The notes under the pieces: generated by a model | What the model was told of the DNA's origin: nothing | Seen by the model: the letters and a program-made list of their open reading frames with translations, nothing else | The model's database searches: none | Made by a program: the position numbers and the translations under genes | From: Planctomycetota bacterium | GTDB taxonomy: Bacteria; Planctomycetota; UBA8108; UBA1146 | Length of the DNA stretch: 64,000 nucleotides | Direction: 5' to 3' | NCBI GenBank assembly: GCA_014240375.1 | Contig: JAAZXB010000006.1 | Coordinates: 45,592-109,591, forward strand | In this document: positions 19,339 through 29,368 of the stretch, in pieces | Position numbering within the stretch: position 1 is the stretch's first letter | Layout of the letters: every line of letters starts with the position of its first letter

Positions 19339-20417
19339 TGGAGAATAAAGAAATGACGCAGAAGTGGATCTCTGAACTCCCGAAAGTGCAACTACACGAC
19401 CATCTCGATGGAGGCCTCCGTCCCTCGACCATCATCGAACTCGCCGACGAGAGAGGAATTGAACTTCCGTCGAATGACCCTGACCAGCTGGGGTCATGGT
19501 TTTTCAGAGGTGCGGATCAGGGAAGTTTACCGAAGTATCTGGAAGGATTCTCGGTCACTACTTCAGTGATGCAAGATGAAGAGGCGCTCCACAGAGTCGC
19601 CAGAGAGCATGTCGAAGGCCTCGCAGCAGATGGTGTGATCTACGGAGAGGTTCGGTTCGCACCGGTTCTTCATGTCGAGAAGGGGCTCGATTCTGCAGCG
19701 GTTCTCGAGGCGGTACTGGACGGGATCGCTGTCGGGTGTCAAAGCACCGGCATCGATGTCAGGATCATCGTCTGCTCCCTGAGGCATATGGACCCGCAGA
19801 TTTCGCTGCGTTCGGCGGAGGTGGCGGTTCAGTTCAGAGATCGTGGAGTGGTCGGATTTGATCTGGCTGGCGACGAGTCGGGGCACCCTCCCGCAGATCA
19901 TAATGAAGCGTTTCATTTCCTTCGCCGGAGTAATTTCAACATCACCATTCATGCGGGAGAGGCGTTTGGCCTCTCCTCCATCTGGCAAGCGATCCAGCAC
20001 TGCGGTGCTCATCGGATCGGTCACGCCACTCGACTGGTGGAGGACGATACTGTTCCAGGAGATCATCGCGGCACTCTAGGGGAGTACATCCTCGATCACA
20101 GGATCCCCCTCGAGATGTGTCTCTCCTCCAATCTCCACACCGGAGCGGTTTCATCCCTCGTCGATCACCCGTTTCCCAGATATCTGAGGGAAGGGTATCG
20201 TGTCGGTCTCAATGTCGATAACACGTTGATGTCGGCCACCACCCTGTCGAAGGAATGGCAACTCGCCGTGGACTTGTTCGGACTCGGACTCGGCGATCTG
20301 GAACGGATCGCCGTCAATTCGATGAAGAGCGCATTCTGCGAGCACTCGACCCGTCGCAAGGTGATCCAGGGGCAGTTGCTACCACGATTCCGTGCGGTTC
20401 AGGACGCGAAGAGTTGA
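19338..20417 (+). CDS. add: Adenosine deaminase
   Basis: LPKVQLHDHLDGGLRP, GFDLAGDE, TIHAGEA, RIGH, NVDN. Confidence 0.93.
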   Translation: MENKEMTQKWISELPKVQLHDHLDGGLRPSTIIELADERGIELPSNDPDQLGSWFFRGADQGSLPKYLEGFSVTTSVMQDEEALHRVAREHVEGLAADGVIYGEVRFAPVLHVEKGLDSAAVLEAVLDGIAVGCQSTGIDVRIIVCSLRHMDPQISLRSAEVAVQFRDRGVVGFDLAGDESGHPPADHNEAFHFLRRSNFNITIHAGEAFGLSSIWQAIQHCGAHRIGHATRLVEDDTVPGDHRGTLGEYILDHRIPLEMCLSSNLHTGAVSSLVDHPFPRYLREGYRVGLNVDNTLMSATTLSKEWQLAVDLFGLGLGDLERIAVNSMKSAFCEHSTRRKVIQGQLLPRFRAVQDAKS

Positions 20418-20494
20418 ACCTCGGTCCAGTTGGGTGAATAATACAATCCGGTGTCTAAACGACAGTTTCCCGCAGTAGATTCCTGGAGAACCAG

Positions 20495-22504
20495 ATGTCC
20501 GATTTGATAGCGAAGTTGCAGCAGCGAGAGGTTTCCAGGAGATCTCAGGAGGTTCGTCTAGAGGGGCGAGTTCTCCATCTGGTCGATGATGCCGAAGCGA
20601 TGGTCCAGCAACTGTCTGGGACCGATCTTCCTCTCGATCACGGACTGACCTATCGCGATAACATCTCCACCGACGAGATCACCCCTGCCTACGTTTGCTA
20701 CTATCACGACGAAACCCTCGGTGAGTTCCCCTATGTTGGATACTCCGCCGGGGGGGAGTTCCCGATCACCAGGAGTTCCATCAAGGACGGCGGATTTGCT
20801 GCCGCCGTCAGTGGTAAGCGAAGGGGCAAGGGGTCCAGTCGTGAGGCGTCCCCTTACGCGGAACTGTGTGCTGGAATCCATCTGATCTTCGCCGAGAATA
20901 TCGAACGGATTTATCAGCAAAACTGCCACAATCTGGGATTGCTGACCTGTACCGATTTCTCGGTTCTCGAGCGATTGGTCGCCGGAGAATCGGTCCCCCT
21001 CGACGAGTTCAAGAAGGGGAAGGATCCCGTCACCTGCCAGATCATCGACTGGGGAGGACTGTTCGAGTTCAATCTAGCACGATTGCAGGGAAAGGTAGAT
21101 CTATCCGGTCCCATCGCAGCGAACGGACCACAGACCATCACACAGAAGATTTTTGCCCGCAGCCGAATTCTCGATTCTGCAACCGGGCAGGTCGGAAGTG
21201 ATAGTGCCGAAATCGGTGACGCTGGGTTCTTCCAGACCGACATCCGTTTCAGCCATGAATACGTGACTCCGATGGCAGCCTCCTTCTTTGAGCAGAAGGT
21301 GGGAAAGGGAGAACCGCTGACCGATCCCGATTCCGTCATCTTCTTCCGCGATCATTTGACCTTCCTCGAGCAGGCCATCACTCCTGAACGACGGAAGATG
21401 GGACTGCTTCAAACTGCTGAGCAATTGAAAATCAAGCAGGAGGAGTTTGCTCACGCCTATGACATCACCTTGCACGGGGAAACCGGGCTCGGAGGGTCGG
21501 AGGCGATTTGTCACTCCAAGATCATCCAGGACTACGCGCTCCCCGGTCAGTTGATCATCGGGAGTGATTCACATACTCCTCACTCTGGTGCCCTCGGATG
21601 CGTTGCTTTCGGTGTCGGTACCACTGCGATCTTCAACTCATGGATCACAAAAGATGTGTACTCGACGGTTCCCGAAACGGTTCGCATCGAGGTGCGTGGA
21701 AAGAGACCTGCAGGAATCACTGCCAAGGACATGATGTTGGCGATCCTCCGGGAGCCATATGTCGCAGAGGGTCATGCGATCGCCAAGATGGTGGAGTACT
21801 GCGGAAATGCAGTGGAAGAACTCTCCATCGATGAGAGAGCCACGATGACCAACATGGCTGCAGAGGTGGGAGCGTTCAGTGGAATCATCGTTCCTGACGA
21901 GAAAACGGTCGAGTTCCTCGTTGCAGAGCGAGGATTGGACCCGCAGCAGGCTCGCCAGTACTGCGAGGGCCTGTTCTCCGATGAAGGAGCCAACTACTGC
22001 CACGAGATCGTCATAGAAGTCGAAGATCTCGAACCGTTGGTGGCCCTCCCTGGAGATCCCGGAAACGGGGTTGAGATTTCCAAGCTGGAAAAAACTGTCG
22101 TCATAGACATCGCCTATGGTGGGTCCTGCACTGCGGGCAAAAAAGAGGACATGAACATGTACGCCGAGGTTCTCCGCCACGGATTGGAACAAGGGCGACG
22201 AGTGGCGGATGGGGTCGAGTTCTGGATCCAGTTCGGATCCCAGGAGGTCAAGGAGTACTGTCGCGAGATGGGCTATCTGGAGATCTTCGAAAAGGCCGGA
22301 GCTCAGGTCATCGAGCCTTCTTGCGGAGCCTGCATCAATGCTGGTCCAGGGGTCAGTCGTACACCCGAGCAGGTCAGTGTCAGCGCCGTCAACCGCAACT
22401 TTCCGGGACGGTCAGGACCAGGACAGGTGTATCTGGCCAGTCCGCTGACGGTTGCCGCCAGTGCACTGGCGGGCCACATCGTGGCGTTCAACAGGGATCA
22501 ATGA
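20495..22504 (+). CDS. Aconitase-family dehydratase, fused LeuD-like (N) and LeuC-like (C) domains
   Basis: DNISTDEITP and GKGSSRE (swivel domain); GSDSHT, GSCTAG, PSCGACI, NRNFPGR, LASP. Confidence 0.88.
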   Translation: MSDLIAKLQQREVSRRSQEVRLEGRVLHLVDDAEAMVQQLSGTDLPLDHGLTYRDNISTDEITPAYVCYYHDETLGEFPYVGYSAGGEFPITRSSIKDGGFAAAVSGKRRGKGSSREASPYAELCAGIHLIFAENIERIYQQNCHNLGLLTCTDFSVLERLVAGESVPLDEFKKGKDPVTCQIIDWGGLFEFNLARLQGKVDLSGPIAANGPQTITQKIFARSRILDSATGQVGSDSAEIGDAGFFQTDIRFSHEYVTPMAASFFEQKVGKGEPLTDPDSVIFFRDHLTFLEQAITPERRKMGLLQTAEQLKIKQEEFAHAYDITLHGETGLGGSEAICHSKIIQDYALPGQLIIGSDSHTPHSGALGCVAFGVGTTAIFNSWITKDVYSTVPETVRIEVRGKRPAGITAKDMMLAILREPYVAEGHAIAKMVEYCGNAVEELSIDERATMTNMAAEVGAFSGIIVPDEKTVEFLVAERGLDPQQARQYCEGLFSDEGANYCHEIVIEVEDLEPLVALPGDPGNGVEISKLEKTVVIDIAYGGSCTAGKKEDMNMYAEVLRHGLEQGRRVADGVEFWIQFGSQEVKEYCREMGYLEIFEKAGAQVIEPSCGACINAGPGVSRTPEQVSVSAVNRNFPGRSGPGQVYLASPLTVAASALAGHIVAFNRDQ

Positions 22505-22560
22505 GCGACTTGAGATCGATCGCAGTCTCCACCGCTGCAGTATCATCATCCGCCGCGTTG

Positions 22561-22968
22561 TCATCGATGGAGACCGGCAACTCTGGCCAGTTCGGTCCGA
22601 AGTTCTAGTTGCCTGGAGACCGGTTCGATGAGGTCGAGGTAGCAAACACCATCCCGTGCGGAGCGGTCCGGTTGCCAGGGCACTGCGGAATCCTTCTCGA
22701 TCGCGCTTATCACTTCTCGGACCACCGGAAATCGCCGGGGATCGTCCGCAGCGAACGAGTCGCTAGCGGCTCGCCACCACGATTCTCCTCGTAGTAGCCA
22801 CTGGTGCCAACGCGCTGGGAGTTCACTGCCCAGGTGAAGTGTCAGGTCTTCGACCAGCCTGCGAATCAGCGGCAATGAGCACTGGATCAACTTCGTTTCC
22901 ACGACGCGAATCCGTTCGAGCGCCAGAATCCGCTCGCATGCATCTTCATTGCTGTTCATCATGAGCAC
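22561..22968 (-). CDS. Hypothetical protein
   Basis: 135-aa ORF filling the gap between genes; no motif. Confidence 0.5.
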   Translation of the reverse strand: MLMMNSNEDACERILALERIRVVETKLIQCSLPLIRRLVEDLTLHLGSELPARWHQWLLRGESWWRAASDSFAADDPRRFPVVREVISAIEKDSAVPWQPDRSARDGVCYLDLIEPVSRQLELRTELARVAGLHR

Positions 22969-23008
22969 CTGTCGTTTATCTCGTGTTCTCCAGGTGAATG
23001 GGCCTGGA

Positions 23009-23857
23009 ATGGAGTGGCCGTTGTTTGATCAAGACTCAGGGCTCTATATCGGCACATCATCCTGGTCCGAGAAAAGTTGGCAAGGGGTCTTTTATCCCGA
23101 GGGTCTCGCACCCCGGGAGTTCATCCGCCATTACTCGAAGATGTACGACAGCGTCGAGATCGACGCGACCTTCTACGCCATTCCCTCCCGCAGTACCGTG
23201 GAAGGGTGGAGAGAGAGAACTCCGCCTGGATTCCAGTTTGCGGCCAAGGTTCCACGAGTGATCACTCATGACAAGGTTCTGGTGGACGCTCAGGAAGAGA
23301 TGGAACTCTTCGTCGAGACGATGCAGTGGCTCGGTGATCGACTCGGGCCATTGTTACTGCAGTTTCCATACTTCAATCGAAAAGCATTTTCGAGCCCCGA
23401 GCCCTTTTTTGATCGTCTCGATCAATTTTTGACGAGGATTCCCGTGGGGCCCAGATACGTGGTGGAAGTCAGGAATCGCCACTGGGTGGGTCGACGATTG
23501 GAGCAATTACTCCGGCGCCATGGGGTGTCGCTGGCCTGGGTAGATCAGGCATGGATGCCGGAGCCGGAAGACTGGCCTCGATTGCTCGACGGCCCCGGGG
23601 CTGGCCCGGGTTATTTCAGGTTTCTGGGTGATCATAAGCAGATGGATCAACTCACTGATAAGTGGGACCGCCAGGTGGTGGATCGCCGCGATCGACTGGC
23701 ACGCTGGGTACCGCTGATGCGGACCTTTCGCGAAGCGGGAGTGGATGTCTTCGGCTTCTTCAACAATCACTATGCCGGTCATGCACCGGCAACAGTCGAA
23801 GATTTCAGATCGCTATGGGGTGCGGGAGCAGATCACTCGTCTTCATCTTCGAATTGA
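23009..23857 (+). CDS. DUF72 family protein
   Basis: IGTSSWS, VEIDATFYAIP, FAAKVPRVITH, LGPLLLQFP, VEVRN, FFNNHY.GHAP. Confidence 0.9.
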   Translation: MEWPLFDQDSGLYIGTSSWSEKSWQGVFYPEGLAPREFIRHYSKMYDSVEIDATFYAIPSRSTVEGWRERTPPGFQFAAKVPRVITHDKVLVDAQEEMELFVETMQWLGDRLGPLLLQFPYFNRKAFSSPEPFFDRLDQFLTRIPVGPRYVVEVRNRHWVGRRLEQLLRRHGVSLAWVDQAWMPEPEDWPRLLDGPGAGPGYFRFLGDHKQMDQLTDKWDRQVVDRRDRLARWVPLMRTFREAGVDVFGFFNNHYAGHAPATVEDFRSLWGAGADHSSSSSN

Positions 23858-25314
23858 TGGGGTCCCTCCAGGCCAGTCCACGATCCCACCCGGTACACCA
23901 GCATCAGGTTGGTCCGACCCATTCGATGAGTGGGAGCGCCCATCAACAACACAAGCAGATCACCTTGGGCAGCAACTTCATCGGTCTGGATCGTCTTGTC
24001 CAGTTCCTGGATCAACTCATCGGTGGTTCGGGCGGGGAGGATCTGGTAGGGACGAACTCCCCACACCAGGGTCAGGCGATCTCGAACCGTCTGATTGGTG
24101 GTGAAGGCAAGGATCGGGCGTTCCGGTCGGCGTCGGGAAGCCAGCAGTGCGGTCGATCCTGACCGGGTAAATGCGCAAAGCGCATGGGCGTCGACATCAT
24201 GGGCCACCTGGCAACCCGCGTCGGTGACCGCTTCTGCGGGCGAGTTGGTCGACCTCTCTCGCCTCTTCCGGATGAAGGGCTGGACCGCATTTTGCTCGGT
24301 GTAATGGATCACATTCGACATCATCCTGACCGATTCGATCGGATAATCTCCGATCGCAGTTTCCCCCGAGAGCATCACCGCATCGGTGCCATCGAGTACT
24401 GCATTGGCTACATCACTCGCCTCTGCACGTGTCGGACGTGGATTTCTCGTCATGCTATCGAGCATCTGTGTTGCGGTGATGATCGGGCGTCCCAACTTCA
24501 ACCCTTCAGCGATGATGCGCTTCTGGATGACGGGCACTCGTTCCGGCGGGATCTCCACTCCCAGGTCTCCACGAGCGACCATCGCCCCCCAGGAATTTTC
24601 GAGGATCGGGGTGATGTTATCGACCGCCAACGGCTTTTCGATCTTGGAGATGATGGGGATATCTGAGCCTTTGCTGGCGAGCAAGTCGCGCAACTGAATC
24701 ACATCTTCAGGTTTCCTGACGAAGGAGAGAGCGATGAAGTCGACATTCATCGAAGTGGCGAAGATGGCGTCTTCGCAATCCTTCTCGGTGATCGCCGGGG
24801 CAGAGACGTGACTTCCGGGCAAGTTGATGCCCTTACGAGGATGAATCAGCCCGGCATTTGCAGCCCTCGCGATCACCAGCCCCTTCTCGACGGTAATTGT
24901 CTCGAAGGCGATGTTCCCGTCATCGATAAGGATGGGATCACCGACAGAGAGATCCTTGTCGAGCAGGTCATAGTCGCTTCCGATTTCTTCGTTTCCAGGA
25001 GTGCGTCCGACCGCGATCCGGATCTCCTCTCCCTGTTCGATAGGAATCGGATCTCCTTCAAAATAGGAGAGGCGAATCTTCGGTCCCTGTAGGTCGTACA
25101 GGATACCGATCGGACGACCCACTCGATTTGCGATCTCTCGGACCATCTCGATGGTCGTCCGATCCTGGTCGTGGGCTCCATGGGAAGCATTGATCCTGAC
25201 CACATCGAGACCCGCCTCGAACATTCCTCGAAGGACTTCGGGGGAATTGGAGGCGGGGCCGAGGGTGCCCACGATCTTGGTTTGTCTGAACGCAGATGAG
25301 TGATTTGATTCCAT
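23833..25314 (-). CDS. pyk: Pyruvate kinase
   Basis: TKIVGTLGPAS, DLQGPKIR, SKIEK, MVARGDLGVE, ATQMLDSM, DAVMLSGETA. Confidence 0.97.
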   Translation of the reverse strand: MESNHSSAFRQTKIVGTLGPASNSPEVLRGMFEAGLDVVRINASHGAHDQDRTTIEMVREIANRVGRPIGILYDLQGPKIRLSYFEGDPIPIEQGEEIRIAVGRTPGNEEIGSDYDLLDKDLSVGDPILIDDGNIAFETITVEKGLVIARAANAGLIHPRKGINLPGSHVSAPAITEKDCEDAIFATSMNVDFIALSFVRKPEDVIQLRDLLASKGSDIPIISKIEKPLAVDNITPILENSWGAMVARGDLGVEIPPERVPVIQKRIIAEGLKLGRPIITATQMLDSMTRNPRPTRAEASDVANAVLDGTDAVMLSGETAIGDYPIESVRMMSNVIHYTEQNAVQPFIRKRRERSTNSPAEAVTDAGCQVAHDVDAHALCAFTRSGSTALLASRRRPERPILAFTTNQTVRDRLTLVWGVRPYQILPARTTDELIQELDKTIQTDEVAAQGDLLVLLMGAPTHRMGRTNLMLVYRVGSWTGLEGPHQFEDEDE

Positions 25315-25441
25315 TGTTCAATGATGGCCGGATCTGACTCTGCTGTAAAGAGAACACCGGATCGAAGCGGCCTTGAAGGAAAAAGAAGGCTCGGAACGCC
25401 GATTGGAGTCCCGAGCCTTCCATCCTCGCAGAGCACTCTGG

Positions 25442-26788
25442 CTAGGGGCATGGAGGAAAACTGCTGCAGTCGATTCCATCGGTGTCGGTCGGATCTTCTC
25501 CGCAAGTTGGATAGGGAGCAGGTGGGAACGCACCGTTCCCGAAGAGGTTCGACAGCTGGAAGATGGGGTCACTGATGTCAAAGCCGCCGTCATCATTGTT
25601 GTCACAGGAATCACCACAGGGAGGAAAGCCGGCACCAGCGAAGAGGAAACTGAGAGCGGCCACCACATCTGCGATATCGTTGGGGCCTCCATCGGCGTTG
25701 CAATCACCCCTGACAAAGAGCGGTCCGGTGGTGCAGGTGAGTTGGCAACAAACTTGAGCAAGTACTCCGCCACAGGCGTCGACTGATTCGAGGCAAATCG
25801 TCTGAGCGTTGGGGGATAGCCCGAGGCTGCCTTGCCAACTGGTCGCCGCTGCAGATGCCAATGTTTCGACGAGGATTCCATCGATGTAAATGTGGAGTGC
25901 CGAATAACCACCAGGGTTGGTCCAGCTGGCGTCTGCAGTGCAGCCAGTGAGAGGATCGGTTGCGATGATGTTACAACTGAACCCGCTCGGAAGAGCTGGA
26001 GGTGTGTATCCAGGGCATGAATCGGTGATGCAAGTCTGGGTCGAGGAAGAGGAAGCCACTACGCCAGTGATGCAGATGTTGGTACTGGCGGTAGGAAGCG
26101 TCACGGAAGTGGAAGTGGCACCGCCAGGAAGGGTCGCCACCAGCGCTCCATCGAGACGCACCTGGATCCCCGTGTAACTGGCATTATTGGTCCAGTTGAG
26201 ATCGTAGTTGCAACTGCAGATGTCGGTGAGGGTGCTGGTGAGAGCGGAAGGGGCGGGCACCTCGATCAGCACGTTTCCCCCGGTACTGGATGGAAAGACG
26301 CTCGATCCTCCGACAGTGAACACGATATTGATCGGCGGACTGCCGAGGGAAGATGAGGGGGATACCGCAGAACTGCTCCCCGGAGTGGCAGTGGGAGCCA
26401 CCGCATAGTTCATCGTGGCCACCTGCTGGCCGGAACCGGGAGGGAGTGATTCGAGCGCTCCACCAAAAGTGAAGATACACGCCAGTGCCATTCCCGGACC
26501 ATTGGCCGGGTTCAGATCTCCGAAGAAGTAGTCCGCCCCATTACCACCATTGAGTGGAATCAACGCAGAGCCCTGGACAATTTCGATCGGGGTCAAGACC
26601 GAGCCATCGTGCGTGGCTCCGTAGGAGAAGCCCAGCACAGGAGCGTCATGTGCGATCTCAACACTGACGCTGATATTATCACCCGGTAATGCTGAGCCGC
26701 CGACGATCGAGAGGACATTTTGAGCTGTGGCCAGCACTGGCAGGACCAACAAGGTGAGCAGGGTGGTTGAGCGTATAATCAACTTCAT
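25442..26788 (-). CDS. Secreted Cys-rich protein with cohesin-like N-terminus, two Ig/Fn3-like repeats and dockerin-like C-terminus
   Basis: Signal peptide ending ATA; FVRGDCNADGG..DIAD and DNNDDGGFDISD paired Ca-binding loops; repeated WTN...Y....DG..V.TL. Confidence 0.7.
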   Translation of the reverse strand: MKLIIRSTTLLTLLVLPVLATAQNVLSIVGGSALPGDNISVSVEIAHDAPVLGFSYGATHDGSVLTPIEIVQGSALIPLNGGNGADYFFGDLNPANGPGMALACIFTFGGALESLPPGSGQQVATMNYAVAPTATPGSSSAVSPSSSLGSPPINIVFTVGGSSVFPSSTGGNVLIEVPAPSALTSTLTDICSCNYDLNWTNNASYTGIQVRLDGALVATLPGGATSTSVTLPTASTNICITGVVASSSSTQTCITDSCPGYTPPALPSGFSCNIIATDPLTGCTADASWTNPGGYSALHIYIDGILVETLASAAATSWQGSLGLSPNAQTICLESVDACGGVLAQVCCQLTCTTGPLFVRGDCNADGGPNDIADVVAALSFLFAGAGFPPCGDSCDNNDDGGFDISDPIFQLSNLFGNGAFPPAPYPTCGEDPTDTDGIDCSSFPPCP

Positions 26789-27042
26789 GGGTTACTTTCC
26801 AGAAGTACCGTGATCCCGACCAATACAGATCGGTATCGGGTACAGAATTGTAGTTCGACAGGCATACTACTATTGGAACAACCATCATGAGGTTCGGCAA
26901 GGTCCGCCTACTACTATCTGTGGATCGCTCTCTGTGCACCACTTCCTGCAGGGAGTGCCAGCAGATAAGATCACGGGTGGTAAGTGTGTCGTGTCAGTCC
27001 GGATCGACCTAACTCGATTCTGAACGAAGATAGAGGTGCATA

Positions 27043-28095
27043 TTGAGTGCGACGATGAAGGCTCTGATCAAATCAGGTCCCAGGCCAGGGTTAAGCCTGG
27101 TGGAGAAACCGATCCCTGAATTGACCGCCGATGGAGTCCGGGTCCGGGTGATGGCCACCTCGATCTGCGGTACTGATCTTCACATCTACAACTGGGATGC
27201 ATGGGCGGCCTCCAAGGTCACCACTCCGTTGACCGTGGGGCACGAGTTCTGTGGAGAGGTGCTGGAAGTGGGGCCGAAGGTCACTCGATTCCAGCCCGGT
27301 GATTTCGTCGCTGCCGAGTCGCATGTGTTCTGTGACAGGTGTCGTCCGTGCAGGACAGGTCAGCGCCACATCTGTGAGAACGAGAAGATCATCGGGGTGC
27401 AACGGGATGGGGCTTTTGCCGAGCAGATCGTGATGCCAGAACGATGCGTCTGGAGAACTCCGAGCACCCTTCCACCGGAAATCGCAACATTACAGGAGCC
27501 ACTGGGCAACTCGGTTCATGTCGCGCTGGCAGGCGAAGTGTCGAGGCGCCATGTGCTGATCACTGGCTGCGGACCTACCGGCTTGTTCGCAGTGGCCATC
27601 GCCAAGACCTGCGGTGCCGCTTCGGTCACTGCTGTCGATGTCCAGGATTACAGGTTGTCCCTGGCGAAACGCCTGGGCGCCGATCATACGCTGGATCCGA
27701 TGAAATGCGATCTGGTCACGAAGGTGCAAGAGTTGACCGATGGCCGCGGTGCAGATGTGGTCCTTGAAATGTCTGGAAACGACAAGGCGATCGAAGACGG
27801 ACTGCGTTGCCTCAGTCGAGGCGGAGACTATCGCTTCTTTGGAGTTCCTTCCGACCGGATCTCGATCGATGTCGCTCGTGACATCATCTTCAAGGGGGCA
27901 CGAGTACAGGGGATTCTCGGACGAAAAGTGTGGGATACCTGGCATGATACCGCTCGTCTGCTGGAAGCGGGCCTCGATCTCTCCCCGATCATCACCCACA
28001 AACTACCCATCGAGGAGTACGAGACTGCATTCGACCTGATTCAACGAGGCGAATGCGGCAAGATCATCCTGTATCCAGGTGGAGTGCCTGAGTAA
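27043..28095 (+). CDS. tdh: L-threonine 3-dehydrogenase
   Basis: ICGTDLHIYNWD, GHEFCG, C..C..C...C Zn site, GCGPTG; next to kbl. Confidence 0.95.
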   Translation: MSATMKALIKSGPRPGLSLVEKPIPELTADGVRVRVMATSICGTDLHIYNWDAWAASKVTTPLTVGHEFCGEVLEVGPKVTRFQPGDFVAAESHVFCDRCRPCRTGQRHICENEKIIGVQRDGAFAEQIVMPERCVWRTPSTLPPEIATLQEPLGNSVHVALAGEVSRRHVLITGCGPTGLFAVAIAKTCGAASVTAVDVQDYRLSLAKRLGADHTLDPMKCDLVTKVQELTDGRGADVVLEMSGNDKAIEDGLRCLSRGGDYRFFGVPSDRISIDVARDIIFKGARVQGILGRKVWDTWHDTARLLEAGLDLSPIITHKLPIEEYETAFDLIQRGECGKIILYPGGVPE

Positions 28096-28116
28096 CACTG
28101 GAGTCATGAGGAGAGA

Positions 28117-29304
28117 GTGATGTTTTTAGATCGTGAACGATTTGTCGAACAGTTGCAGGAGATCGAAGACTCCGGCCTCTGGAAACAGGAGCGGTTGATC
28201 ACCGGTCCCCAGGGAGCCAAGATTTCCACCTCGGAAGGCGAGGCTCTCAACTTCTGCGCCAATAACTATCTCGGTTTGTCGAGTCATCCCGCCATCCTCG
28301 AGACCGCCCATTCGGCACTGGATAGCCACGGATTTGGTCTCTCGTCGGTGCGATTCATCTGCGGCACGCAGGATATACACAAACAACTGGAACAACGGAT
28401 TTCGACCTTTCTTTCGACCGAAGATTCCATCCTCTATACCTCCTGCTTCGATGCCAATGGTGGGTTGTTCGAGACACTGCTGGGTCCCGAAGATGCGGTG
28501 ATTTCCGACGAGTTGAATCATGCCTCCATCATCGATGGGGTGCGGCTTTGCAAGGCCAAGAGATTTCGCTACTCCCATGCAGACATGTCGGATCTTCAGA
28601 GGTGTCTCACCGAGTCCGGCGATGCCCGCACCCGGATGGTCGTGACCGATGGCGTCTTCAGCATGCACGGTGATCTAACTCCTCTCGATGAGATTGCAGC
28701 GCTTTGTGATGAGCACCATGCCCTCTTGGTCGTCGATGACAGCCACTCGACAGGATTCATCGGTAAGACGGGGCGGGGAACTGCCGAACACTTCGGTGTT
28801 CAGGATCGGGTCGATCTCATCACCAGCACTCTCGGAAAAGCCCTGGGAGGTGCCAGTGGAGGGTTCACCACTGGACGCAAGGAGTTGATCGAGCTATTGC
28901 GACAACGATCTCGTCCATATCTATTCTCCAATACGCTGGCTCCAGCGATCACTGCGGCCGGGATCCGAGTACTGGATCTGATCGATGACGAGCCGGAACG
29001 GGTGCAGAGGAGCCAGTCGAATACCTTGAGATTCCGCCAGGGAATGACCGCTGCAGGATTTGACATCACTCCAGGTATCCACCCGATTGTCCCCATAATG
29101 CTGGGAGACGAACGCAAGACGATGGAGATGGCCGAAGCGATGAACCAACGAGGGATCTTCGTGGTCGGATTCTCCTATCCGGTGGTTCCCAGGGGGCAGG
29201 CACGGATCAGGGTCCAGATCTCTGCGGGCCACGAAATCGACCAGATCGACCATGCCATCACGGTCTTCACCGAGGTCGGGAAGGATCTGGGACTGCTCAA
29301 CTGA
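28117..29304 (+). CDS. kbl: Glycine C-acetyltransferase
   Basis: NFCANNYLGL, SVRFICGTQ, LNHASIIDG, TLGKALGG, ARIRVQISA. Confidence 0.96.
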   Translation: MMFLDRERFVEQLQEIEDSGLWKQERLITGPQGAKISTSEGEALNFCANNYLGLSSHPAILETAHSALDSHGFGLSSVRFICGTQDIHKQLEQRISTFLSTEDSILYTSCFDANGGLFETLLGPEDAVISDELNHASIIDGVRLCKAKRFRYSHADMSDLQRCLTESGDARTRMVVTDGVFSMHGDLTPLDEIAALCDEHHALLVVDDSHSTGFIGKTGRGTAEHFGVQDRVDLITSTLGKALGGASGGFTTGRKELIELLRQRSRPYLFSNTLAPAITAAGIRVLDLIDDEPERVQRSQSNTLRFRQGMTAAGFDITPGIHPIVPIMLGDERKTMEMAEAMNQRGIFVVGFSYPVVPRGQARIRVQISAGHEIDQIDHAITVFTEVGKDLGLLN

Positions 29305-29368
29305 TCGCTTCCCCTTGCGAGTTTGGTGCCTACTCCTGATAGTAGGGCGAATGAAGGACGGAGGAGCG

